The position numbers and the translations under genes are program-made. Positions 54,136 through 62,566 of a stretch of DNA of 64,000 bases are shown here, one piece after another. The stretch is from Candidatus Saccharimonadales bacterium. GTDB taxonomy: Bacteria > Patescibacteriota > Saccharimonadia > Saccharimonadales > JANWIN01. The notes beneath the pieces were generated by a model that was given only the letters and a program-made list of their open reading frames with translations, did not search any database and had not been told where the DNA came from. Where the stretch lies: contig JANWIN010000011.1 of the NCBI GenBank assembly GCA_025449905.1, positions 724-64,723 on the forward strand. Direction: 5' to 3'. Every line of letters starts with the position of its first letter. Position 1 is the stretch's first letter.

Positions 54136-55295
54136 GCAGCTTTTGGATAAAACAACTTTTTGCCAGGTGTCATTGCAGCTGCACTTCTTAGGGTAATTCC
54201 TTGTTTTTTAGTAACTATTCCTATTACTTTTGCTTCCACTCCATTTTCAGTAGCAACTTTAATAAGTTCATCCGGCTGGCTGGTGGCATTAATTGTGCCA
54301 TGTCCCAGGCCAAGTATGCCATACATGACTTCATCTGTTATTTCTGCTTCTGCTTGCAATAGTTTAGCCGATTCAGGTGCTGGCATTGGCTCCTCTATGT
54401 CAGCACCATACCCATTTACAGCCAACATATCGCCTAGTTTTCCGGGTATCCCGCCACCAGTAATGTGCACCGAACCTTCGATTTTAGCTCTCTCCTTGTG
54501 GCGCAAATCCATACCACCCAAAGCATCAATATATACCGGCGTATAAATTGTAGATCCTCGAAGTAAAGCGTGGCCAAGCTTTTGCCTTCCCTCATCAAAA
54601 TCAAATTCTTTATTAAACCACCGGGGACCAAAATGTTCTTTGGCTAATTCTTGAAGCTTAGTGTAACCATTTGATCTGTTGCCTAGTTCGCGCAGTGCAA
54701 CAAGCGCCATACCCGGCTCAATCTTGGTGTTGTCAACCAGTCTATCGGGGTGCCCCTTGGCCACAGCTGTTGCAGTCCAGTCATAATGTAGATGTAGATC
54801 GGGGTTGCCATATCCTCTAATCATATTGCCTAAAATGGCTGTTTCGCCGCCAAATACCGCCACGCGGCCAACTTTAGCAGCCATAATCATACCGTTCGCT
54901 AGCTGCTCCATGTATTTCTTTAAGTGGTCATTCAGGCGATTAACAGCTAGTGAGGTATTGATAACAGCCGGCTCAAAACCGCGAATAGCAGCATCATCAA
55001 TGCACATAGCGAATAAATCAAAAGCAGCGGTATCATACAGAGATGTCATCTGGCTTATCTTAATCTTGGTGCCTATGCCGTCGGTTTCCAATGAATTAAC
55101 CAATTTTTGGTGTTCTGGCATCTCATATAAAGGACCGTCTGTCCAGAACCGCATACCGCGAAAATGGTCTATGTCGGCAACCACTTCGCCATATTTACCA
55201 GTTCTATTGGGCCAAGTATATGTATTGGCGTGGTAAATCATATCTGATGCATCATCGCCTAAATTAATCACAGCTTCTCTGTAAGTATCACTCAT
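54132..55295 (-). CDS. AIR-synthase-related (PurM-like) protein
   Basis: 387 aa with DGIGTK, GGETA and HITGGG PurM-superfamily motifs and an unusual N-terminus. Confidence 0.6.
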   Translation of the reverse strand: MSDTYREAVINLGDDASDMIYHANTYTWPNRTGKYGEVVADIDHFRGMRFWTDGPLYEMPEHQKLVNSLETDGIGTKIKISQMTSLYDTAAFDLFAMCIDDAAIRGFEPAVINTSLAVNRLNDHLKKYMEQLANGMIMAAKVGRVAVFGGETAILGNMIRGYGNPDLHLHYDWTATAVAKGHPDRLVDNTKIEPGMALVALRELGNRSNGYTKLQELAKEHFGPRWFNKEFDFDEGRQKLGHALLRGSTIYTPVYIDALGGMDLRHKERAKIEGSVHITGGGIPGKLGDMLAVNGYGADIEEPMPAPESAKLLQAEAEITDEVMYGILGLGHGTINATSQPDELIKVATENGVEAKVIGIVTKKQGITLRSAAAMTPGKKLFYPKAA

Positions 55296-55343
55296 TCAGT
55301 TCAATTATGAATTTGGGCCTTTAAAACTGCAAGCAAAAGAGTT

Positions 55344-56951
55344 TTAGGCTGTTGGCGGCATCATTGGTGGTGGAACTGGCGGTGGCGGACCAGTTGGCCC
55401 TTGAGCAGAAGTTGGATTACCCGCTGGGCTATTTTGGCCTAGGTCAATCGGCTGTGCATTAAGTGCCGCAATTGGTTTTAGGGGCTCGCTTTGACCATTT
55501 TGGGCGGCATTTACACCTTGTCGGGCGCCTGCGACAGTAGGCGGGGTTTGGGCACCAAATAATCGACTATCGACGGTGTTAGAACCAAAGTCTGACGTCG
55601 GCAGATTTTGGACCGCGCTGGCAGCCGGAGCATTTGCTGGCTGGCTAAGCGGGTCGGCTGATGGCGGTTCTAATTCCGGAGTAGTATTGGCAGTCAAAGT
55701 TCCGCCATGAGTTGGTGGTTGAAGCACCATATGTGTTGAACCTTGACCGCTAGACGGTGGAGCTACTGGCGGTTGAGGCATTGCGGGCGGTTGATTTATA
55801 GTTGCCAAGTTTTCGTTTTCACTATGTAGTTCACCCTGCTCATCGATGCGAATGCGATCGACTTTATCCGACGCGATTTTTGAATCATCTTCCCCCGGTA
55901 GACTGACATCTTTACCGGTGGTTTTGCTCAAATCAATTGGCGGTGGGGCTGGTGGCTTTTCTTCATGAGGAACTTGTAATGTACCGTCAGTCTTCTTTGA
56001 ATCAACGTGAGGTATTGGTTTGGAGCTTTCTGGTGGTTTTTTAGCTACTGGCGGCTCCGGCACAGGTAGCGGTTCTTCAAGCTTGGTAGCAATTAACTGC
56101 TGGTTGGCACCGGCTTTCATTAGTTGAGAAGCAATTCCCATAGTGACAGCTGAAGTTTTGTTGTTACTAAAGCGGTCAGTTTCGGCAACAATGCCGGTTA
56201 GAAACGACGTGGCGATTTGGGCATCAAGCGAATTTGGTTTTAGTGATTCACCTAGACTAACCATTAGCTCACATAAACTGCTGGAGCCGGTTTCGCGCCA
56301 ATTTATAGCGCCGATGTCGCTGGTTTGCTGATTATTAACACTTATAACGGTAGCATCGTGCAAAATCCGGCCGTGCGCTGTTATGGCTTGATCAAGCTCT
56401 TCTTTTTTAGTGACGCCGATTGCTAAGACCACTTCGACATTGAAGTCGCCTTGGCTAAATTCCAGATCTTGCTCGCCTAGTGATGTCCTGTAAGGAGTTA
56501 TAAAAATTTTGACGTACTTATCTTCAATTTTGTAGCGCAACTTATCAGCTTTAGCTTTGTCCAGTGCAATAATAAAATCGCGTAGGCTATCGGTATTCTT
56601 TTCAATGGTTTCTTCCGGCTTCAAAAACTCAATAGTTGAGGGCACTGCTCCGCTAAAAACAGCCGTACCGTGTTTGCCAATTTTATTTAGCAGCAAAGTA
56701 ACACCTATACAGGCGGCAAGTTGGTCAACGCTGGGGTTATTACTAACCGTTATCAACACATTGTTGGCTTGTTTTAGACGTTCAACTACCTCCTGTTTAG
56801 CCGATGCTGTAGGCGCTGGAGCCGGTTGGGCCGCAATAGGCTGCCATGGTTGGGGCTGATTCAAGGGTGCAGGTGGCGGCAAATTACCAGCTGGACCACT
56901 GGGAGGTGGCATGGGTGGCGGAATTTGTGGTGGAGGATTATTTGGGTCCAT
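55344..56951 (-). CDS. DHH-family (NrnA-like, degenerate motifs) protein with Pro-rich disordered termini
   Basis: The core has LTGIVAETDRF (a DHH motif III/IV-like segment). The N- and C-terminal tails of about 60 and 230 aa are Pro/Gln/Ala-rich. Confidence 0.5.
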   Translation of the reverse strand: MDPNNPPPQIPPPMPPPSGPAGNLPPPAPLNQPQPWQPIAAQPAPAPTASAKQEVVERLKQANNVLITVSNNPSVDQLAACIGVTLLLNKIGKHGTAVFSGAVPSTIEFLKPEETIEKNTDSLRDFIIALDKAKADKLRYKIEDKYVKIFITPYRTSLGEQDLEFSQGDFNVEVVLAIGVTKKEELDQAITAHGRILHDATVISVNNQQTSDIGAINWRETGSSSLCELMVSLGESLKPNSLDAQIATSFLTGIVAETDRFSNNKTSAVTMGIASQLMKAGANQQLIATKLEEPLPVPEPPVAKKPPESSKPIPHVDSKKTDGTLQVPHEEKPPAPPPIDLSKTTGKDVSLPGEDDSKIASDKVDRIRIDEQGELHSENENLATINQPPAMPQPPVAPPSSGQGSTHMVLQPPTHGGTLTANTTPELEPPSADPLSQPANAPAASAVQNLPTSDFGSNTVDSRLFGAQTPPTVAGARQGVNAAQNGQSEPLKPIAALNAQPIDLGQNSPAGNPTSAQGPTGPPPPVPPPMMPPTA

Positions 56952-57091
56952 CTATTTAGTTTTTATTTTTAAAACGCTCTCTGGGAATATACCATAAACG
57001 CTTATGTCTGTCTACTCTGTTTGCAAAGAGTTGGCTTCTGGGTTATAGTCTAGCTTCGATATCAGTTAAATAACAGATGAAAGATTAATTA

Positions 57092-57436
57092 ATGCCGATA
57101 ATCAAATCAGCTAAGAAACGTGTCCGCCAAACCCGTAAGGCTTCTGTTCGTAATACTAGAACTCGCCGTAACCTGCGGGCTGCCTTAAAAAACTTGCAAG
57201 TCGCATTGGATAACAAGGACAGTAAAAAACTAACCGAAGCTCAGCGGGCCGCTCAAAGCGCTCTGGATACGGCTGTTAAAAAGGGCTTAATGCATAAGAA
57301 TAAGGCTGCTCGTCAGAAAGCCCGCATTAGTGCCCAGTCTAAAGCCAGTGGCGCCAAAGTTACCAAATCTGCCCCTAAAACCCCAGCCAAAAAACCAGCT
57401 GCTAAGAAGCCAAGCTCAACAAAAAGTGGCGCATAG
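57092..57436 (+). CDS. rpsT: 30S ribosomal protein S20 with Lys/Ala/Pro-rich C-terminal tail
   Basis: MPIIKSAKKRVRQT..., with an extra tail of about 25 aa (AKKPAAKKP). Confidence 0.88.
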   Translation: MPIIKSAKKRVRQTRKASVRNTRTRRNLRAALKNLQVALDNKDSKKLTEAQRAAQSALDTAVKKGLMHKNKAARQKARISAQSKASGAKVTKSAPKTPAKKPAAKKPSSTKSGA

Positions 57437-58322
57437 CATCGTCAGCGTCAATGATCTGACTCTTCAGACTGACATCTTGTTTTAAAGCTCTGTTTATTAA
57501 TGCTTTTAATTCAGCAAGACTTAAATTATGGGCAATTTCATAACTTTTGCGTACCACAAATGGATTGAGTTTTGCCTCTTTGGCAATATCATCAATACTG
57601 CGCTGCCCACCCGCCTTAATGGTCGCTAAAATATGTAGCTGCCAGCCAATCATAGCCATAATTTCCAGTGGTTCTACTCTTTTTTGCCGTTGCTCGTTGT
57701 ATAGAGCCATTGTTTTTTCGCTGTTACCGCTAAACGCCGTATCTAACAAATCAAAAATACTGCTCTGGGGGCTTGGCTCGGTCAATAAATCGATGGTTCC
57801 GCGGGTAACACTAGGCTGATAAATTAATAATTTGTTAAGTTCGTTAAAAAGCAGTTCTTGATTAACGCCTACTCTATCAATTAAATATCTAGCTTCACCA
57901 AAACCAAGTTGGCCACCGGCCTTTTTAGCGCTTTCACTTAGCCATTTGGCAAGAGTGATATCATCTTGTTCACTAAGTTCCCTAAACTCGGTTTTAGATT
58001 TCAAAACTTTAAAATAATTTTGTCTTTTATCTATTTTTGACTCAATAATGACGACTTCAATACTGTCAGGAATTGAACTAATTATTTGTTCAATCTTTTC
58101 GCTAAACTGCTTGTTCTTACTGGGGTCGCGTAATATTACCAGCTTCTTTTCTAGTAAAAATGGCAGGTTTTGCAGAGCTTCATTTATCGGTCCAATCTCA
58201 GCCTCCTCGCCATCCAGTCTTTCAACTGCCAAATCATTATATTGCTTAATGAATTTGCTGCTTAATTCATTAAGTTTTTGAATAATTTGAAAGTGGTTAT
58301 TGCCAGTTAAGGTAGTTATCAT
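57402..58322 (-). CDS. holA: DNA polymerase III delta subunit
   Basis: 306 aa with HolA-like length and helical C domain. It overlaps the rpsT end by 35 nt. Confidence 0.6.
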   Translation of the reverse strand: MITTLTGNNHFQIIQKLNELSSKFIKQYNDLAVERLDGEEAEIGPINEALQNLPFLLEKKLVILRDPSKNKQFSEKIEQIISSIPDSIEVVIIESKIDKRQNYFKVLKSKTEFRELSEQDDITLAKWLSESAKKAGGQLGFGEARYLIDRVGVNQELLFNELNKLLIYQPSVTRGTIDLLTEPSPQSSIFDLLDTAFSGNSEKTMALYNEQRQKRVEPLEIMAMIGWQLHILATIKAGGQRSIDDIAKEAKLNPFVVRKSYEIAHNLSLAELKALINRALKQDVSLKSQIIDADDAMRHFLLSLAS

Positions 58323-59188
58323 GATTTAAGCCTTTGGCATTTAGGGCATAAATGAGTGCCCCTGCCTGCCACCCTTATCTTTATTATAGTACTTCCACAA
58401 CGCGGACAAGGCTGACCTTCACGCCTAAAAACCCGGGCAAAACTCATATAACTGCCTTTTTTGCCCTCGGCATTAACGTAATTTCTATCAGTACTGCCGC
58501 CTTTTTCAATACTCAATCGCAAAACATACTGTAATTCTTCAAATAGATTATTAATTTTTTGAGTTGATAAGTCCCTAACAGGAGTTAAGGGATGGATTTT
58601 CGCGCCCCACAGCGACTCATCGGCGTAAATATTACCCACACCAGCAATTATTGACTGATCAAGCAGCACGGTTTTAACAGATGAATTTGGCCGTTTTTTA
58701 AGTCGGGCAGCAAAAGCTTTGGCACCAAAGCTGGCGGCTAGCGGCTCCGGACCAATTTTCTTGAAAAAGTCGATACTGGGAACTTCGGCCGTTGGTATTA
58801 ATCTCATCCAGCCAAATTTTCTTTGGTCGTTAAAGAATAATTTCCCCTCATTTAGCTCTAATGTAACCCTGGTAGACTTGTCCGGGAGATGGCCAATTAA
58901 AGATTCGCTAGGGTGCCCCGCTCCAAAACGTTCACGCCCCACAAAAACTAGTTGGCCAGTCATTTTTAGGTGTATGACTAAGCTATATTTACTACTAAGC
59001 TCAATTAAAAGTACCTTGGCTCGGCGTTTTACTAAGACTATTTTGGCGCCGATTAAAAAACTATCTGTATCGGCTTGAGAGTTTGGGAACGATTTGAGCC
59101 AGTCCCAGGTGACATTCTTGATAGTTTTGCCCGGTAATAGCTTAGCCAGCCCAATTTTAACAGTTTCTACCTCTGGCAACTCTGGCAT
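58319..59188 (-). CDS. mutM: Formamidopyrimidine-DNA glycosylase
   Basis: MPELPEVE N-terminus, an H2TH region, and the C-terminal zinc finger CPRCGS...CPKCQ. Confidence 0.92.
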   Translation of the reverse strand: MPELPEVETVKIGLAKLLPGKTIKNVTWDWLKSFPNSQADTDSFLIGAKIVLVKRRAKVLLIELSSKYSLVIHLKMTGQLVFVGRERFGAGHPSESLIGHLPDKSTRVTLELNEGKLFFNDQRKFGWMRLIPTAEVPSIDFFKKIGPEPLAASFGAKAFAARLKKRPNSSVKTVLLDQSIIAGVGNIYADESLWGAKIHPLTPVRDLSTQKINNLFEELQYVLRLSIEKGGSTDRNYVNAEGKKGSYMSFARVFRREGQPCPRCGSTIIKIRVAGRGTHLCPKCQRLKS

Positions 59189-59213
59189 AGTCTATTTATT
59201 GTAGCAGTTTGGG

Positions 59214-59555
59214 TTAAGCGGCTATCTCTAGTTCTTGAGAATTATTAAGAATATGTGCAGCTTGAGCTTCATCATGAGTACGGGCTGAGTCGGCGCTATC
59301 TTTTAAAACTTGAAGTATCGTTTCAAGCTCTTCGGTTTTCACAAATAAAGCCATTGACTGCCTGTCTTCAGCAATTGCTTTGCGAATCATCTTTCTTAAG
59401 TGAAAAACCAGAGTATGCTCTTCTCGAGGTATATAAACAGCTTCCGGTGAAAGGTCTTCTTCCGGCGGCCTAAAGTGATTGTCTACTAGTCTATAGGTGG
59501 TAATGGCCTCTGGAAGAGATTCAAATCTTAAAATGTTTGGGTCAGGTAATCGCAT
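59214..59555 (-). CDS. Hypothetical protein
   Basis: 113-aa ORF with no recognisable motif. Confidence 0.4.
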   Translation of the reverse strand: MRLPDPNILRFESLPEAITTYRLVDNHFRPPEEDLSPEAVYIPREEHTLVFHLRKMIRKAIAEDRQSMALFVKTEELETILQVLKDSADSARTHDEAQAAHILNNSQELEIAA

Positions 59556-59687
59556 AATTTTTTTAGCCTTGAAACATAATCAACTATAAGCTTTAAAATT
59601 ATTTATTTCAACATCATTTTAAGTTTTTAGCTAAAATTCATCTATTTAAACCCCTTGTGATATATTCACTGCCCGTATAATGAAAAC

Positions 59688-59924
59688 ATGGATAATTTAG
59701 GTGACTTACTGCCCAGCCGCAAATTTACCCAGCCGCCGGAAATTAAGATTATCAAAAAGTTTGTACGTGATAAGTTTGATGAAGAGGTCGGTGTAGAGGC
59801 TAAACCTAATGCAATAGTCATTAATGCTCCTAATGCTGCTCTGGCTGGCACACTTCGCATGCATCTTCACGAATTAAGTGAAATCTGCCAAACAGATAAA
59901 CGTTTAGTTGTTAAGATCGGCTAG
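59688..59924 (+). CDS. Hypothetical small protein (possibly DUF721/DciA-like); candidate leaderless mRNA
   Basis: 78 aa. TATAAT at 59676-59681 lies 6 nt before the ATG, and no Shine-Dalgarno sequence is present. Confidence 0.4.
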   Translation: MDNLGDLLPSRKFTQPPEIKIIKKFVRDKFDEEVGVEAKPNAIVINAPNAALAGTLRMHLHELSEICQTDKRLVVKIG

Positions 59925-60138
59925 CTTCAACTATCGATATGCGGCTCATGTTTTTTGCGCGGCTAAATTTTCCCACTTCTATGGCCGCATCTATGACCGG
60001 TCCTTCTAAGTCAGAAGGATATGCGTCCGGGTGTTTTTCCCGGGCTAGGGTTTCCCCCAGTTGTCCCGGTACTACCATGTCACCAGCAACGAATGCAGTG
60101 GTGTCGCCACGGCTTGTCTCGAGGTGAGTGATGCTCAT
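59911..60138 (-). CDS. Hypothetical protein
   Basis: 75-aa ORF, locally GC-richer, with no recognisable motif. Confidence 0.3.
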   Translation of the reverse strand: MSITHLETSRGDTTAFVAGDMVVPGQLGETLAREKHPDAYPSDLEGPVIDAAIEVGKFSRAKNMSRISIVEASRS

Positions 60139-60198
60139 TTTATTTTCCTTTTTTATTGTCGACCTCTGCCTTCGGTATATACCTCTTATGCTAATTTG

Positions 60199-60777
60199 TC
60201 AAGTACTTTGTGAAAGAAGTTTTTCCAGCCCCTCTCTCATCTGTCCAAAATCCTCATACAAGATGGCTTGCATACCGCTGTTTACCGCACCATCGACGTG
60301 CTTTTGGCGATCGTCAATCATCACACACTCGTCGGTTTTAACCCCTAGTTTTTGGGCCATTAATTTATAAATTTCAGGCTGTGGCTTTATAAAACTAGCC
60401 TCGTACGACAATATATAGTCGTCAATAAGAGTTAGTTGCTCTGGCGTGAATATTTCTTCTAGCCAATTGGCTCCGGCATTAGAGAGTAGCCCGATTTTGT
60501 ATTTGGGTCTTAAATTGTCTTTTATATAAGCAAAAAGTGGTTCATTGGGCACATTATCATCAATGACAGCAATAGCCTGTTCTTCACTGATATTAGCTAG
60601 TTTGGCAACTTTAGTTATAAAAATTTTATAGTTAATGTTGCCCATATTCAGCTGCTTTACCAGCCTGTGAGCTTCGCTCAACTGCTCTGGCTTATCCGCA
60701 AAATGTTTTTGATAGTAAGGTTCCCAGCCCTCGGTTGCCAGCACCCCAAAACAGTCAAAGATAATAGCTTTTATCAT
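60199..60777 (-). CDS. HAD-superfamily hydrolase
   Basis: MIKAIIFDCFGV (DxD-type motif I) and a distal DD motif (VMIDDRQKH). Confidence 0.75.
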   Translation of the reverse strand: MIKAIIFDCFGVLATEGWEPYYQKHFADKPEQLSEAHRLVKQLNMGNINYKIFITKVAKLANISEEQAIAVIDDNVPNEPLFAYIKDNLRPKYKIGLLSNAGANWLEEIFTPEQLTLIDDYILSYEASFIKPQPEIYKLMAQKLGVKTDECVMIDDRQKHVDGAVNSGMQAILYEDFGQMREGLEKLLSQST

Positions 60778-60800
60778 GCCCTAACTATAGCTGAAAGTGA

Positions 60801-61457
60801 TTAATTTAAGTTGACTCTGTGGGTAAGGTCATCGTAGTCAGGGATCTGTCTTTCAAATAGAGTTGTAACATTAAAAGTTTTGCCGCCAAACGAGCCTCGC
60901 GCGTCCCCCGAGCAGGTTGAACTCCATAGTCGACTAATATTGCTGCCACCCTCTTCTAGTTTAAATACATAGCGATTGCCTGCCGCACAAACACCAGCTT
61001 CGCTTGGCAAGTCGGTACCTCTTTCTTTAGTAAAATTGGCGTAGCTTAAAGCGTATAAAAACTGGCTGTAAGCAGATTCGTCATTAGAATAATTTTTTTC
61101 TTTAATTACATCGCCTTGATAGCCCTTGATAACTTGAAGTGTCCGAAAATCCCGTCCGACGATAACTTTGATTTCGCGGTAATTTTCCCGCGCAACTATC
61201 TCACCTTCGGTGGTAGAACTTACAACCGCGTCAGTTGAAGCGTAATCTGGCAATGGTTTTGGAACTGTACCTTCAGGCTTAGGCTCCTTGCCTCCACCGC
61301 TGGTAAATAGAATAACAACCCCTATAAAAAGGATAAAAATACCTAAACCTAAAAAAATAGACCTCATACCCCGGTTCATGGCGTTATAATACCACTTATT
61401 TAACTTTTTTGCAATACTATTTAGTGGTTTCTGTTTGGCCATCATCCAAGCAGTCAA
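60801..61457 (-). CDS. Membrane-anchored hypothetical protein
   Basis: One TM helix and an extracytoplasmic domain with Cys residues. An alternative start lies at 61379. Confidence 0.45.
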   Translation of the reverse strand: MTAWMMAKQKPLNSIAKKLNKWYYNAMNRGMRSIFLGLGIFILFIGVVILFTSGGGKEPKPEGTVPKPLPDYASTDAVVSSTTEGEIVARENYREIKVIVGRDFRTLQVIKGYQGDVIKEKNYSNDESAYSQFLYALSYANFTKERGTDLPSEAGVCAAGNRYVFKLEEGGSNISRLWSSTCSGDARGSFGGKTFNVTTLFERQIPDYDDLTHRVNLN

Positions 61458-61854
61458 TAGCCAAATAATCAGGACTCAGGATCTTATAATCTGAATGGTT
61501 ATTAGGCTCAATCCATGCATATTTATCGTGTTCGGTACTAAGTCTTATCTTATTAGTAAGTGGGCGGCAATAAACAAAGACCCCCATTATTTGATGTTGC
61601 TGTCCTTTTATAATCGGGCGCCATTCGCCCACATAAACTGGATGTTTAATTTCTATTTTAAGTCCCGTTTCTTCCAAAACTTCACGCTTCAATGCTTCTT
61701 CTAGTTTTTCACCTTTTTCTACTCTCCCACCGGGCAGATGGTACTTTCCTCGATTTGTGCCCTGTCCATAAGTCGGTGCTTCTCTAAGCACCAAAACTTT
61801 ATCGTTTTTGACAATCAAAGCTTTCATAGCAAGCTGCTGAGCTATGTTTTTCAT
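61417..61854 (-). CDS. NUDIX hydrolase
   Basis: Nudix box GGRVEKGEKLEEALKREVLEETG. Confidence 0.85.
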   Translation of the reverse strand: MKNIAQQLAMKALIVKNDKVLVLREAPTYGQGTNRGKYHLPGGRVEKGEKLEEALKREVLEETGLKIEIKHPVYVGEWRPIIKGQQHQIMGVFVYCRPLTNKIRLSTEHDKYAWIEPNNHSDYKILSPDYLAIDCLDDGQTETTK

Positions 61855-62162
61855 TCTTCGACTTCTTCCAAGAAAATTTTATCTTTGAAGGAACCTCTTT
61901 TTTGAGCTTTTTCGATACGAACTTTTTCAAGTTCGGCTTTATTGCTATTAAAAACTTCCAAAATAGCAAAGAGCACTTCCTGAATATCAGCTAATTCTTC
62001 AATCGTCTGGTCTGCCTCTAGCTCCTCAGTTTCTTCTTTAAGTTTCTCAATTAGTTCTTTCAGGTATTCTTCATTATTCAAGATTCTAGTTACTGGTTTC
62101 CTGCCCTCTGCTTTGATTATCTCTGGTATCTTGTCTCTGACTAATTTCTTATCAATTTTCAT
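61851..62162 (-). CDS. MazG-like nucleoside triphosphate pyrophosphohydrolase (all-alpha NTP-PPase)
   Basis: KLVRDKIPEII... with EETEELE and ELADIQEV acidic metal-binding helices. Confidence 0.55.
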   Translation of the reverse strand: MKIDKKLVRDKIPEIIKAEGRKPVTRILNNEEYLKELIEKLKEETEELEADQTIEELADIQEVLFAILEVFNSNKAELEKVRIEKAQKRGSFKDKIFLEEVEE

Positions 62163-62566
62163 AGCTGAATTCGTTCTACCTTCATTGTCCTTGGTAATTT
62201 TTTGGCGAAGTCTTGAATACTAAAATCTTTGAATTCATACATAAAATCTTCCTGTTCAGAAGCAGGTGTGCAATAAGCTACTTTGTCGATATGCGCCCAC
62301 GAAGCGCAACTCATACACATCATGCAAGGTTCATGACTGGCATAAAGCACTGCACCGTCAATATTGTGAGATTTTAACTTTTTACAGGCTTTTATTATTG
62401 CTGCCATCTCAGCATGTAGAGTCGGGTTATAAGTTTCCTGAACATGGCCGTAATCGGCAGCAATAATTTCACCATCTTTTACGATAACAGCGCCAAAATT
62501 GTAGGGTTTAGCCTTTTTGTTGCCAGTTTTTATGGCTTGGCTGAGAAAATATTTATCATCTTTCAC
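62159..62566 (-). CDS. Cytidine/deoxycytidylate-type zinc deaminase
   Basis: HAE (LHAEMAAI) and PCxxC (EPCMMCMSC) motifs. Confidence 0.75.
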   Translation of the reverse strand: MKDDKYFLSQAIKTGNKKAKPYNFGAVIVKDGEIIAADYGHVQETYNPTLHAEMAAIIKACKKLKSHNIDGAVLYASHEPCMMCMSCASWAHIDKVAYCTPASEQEDFMYEFKDFSIQDFAKKLPRTMKVERIQL

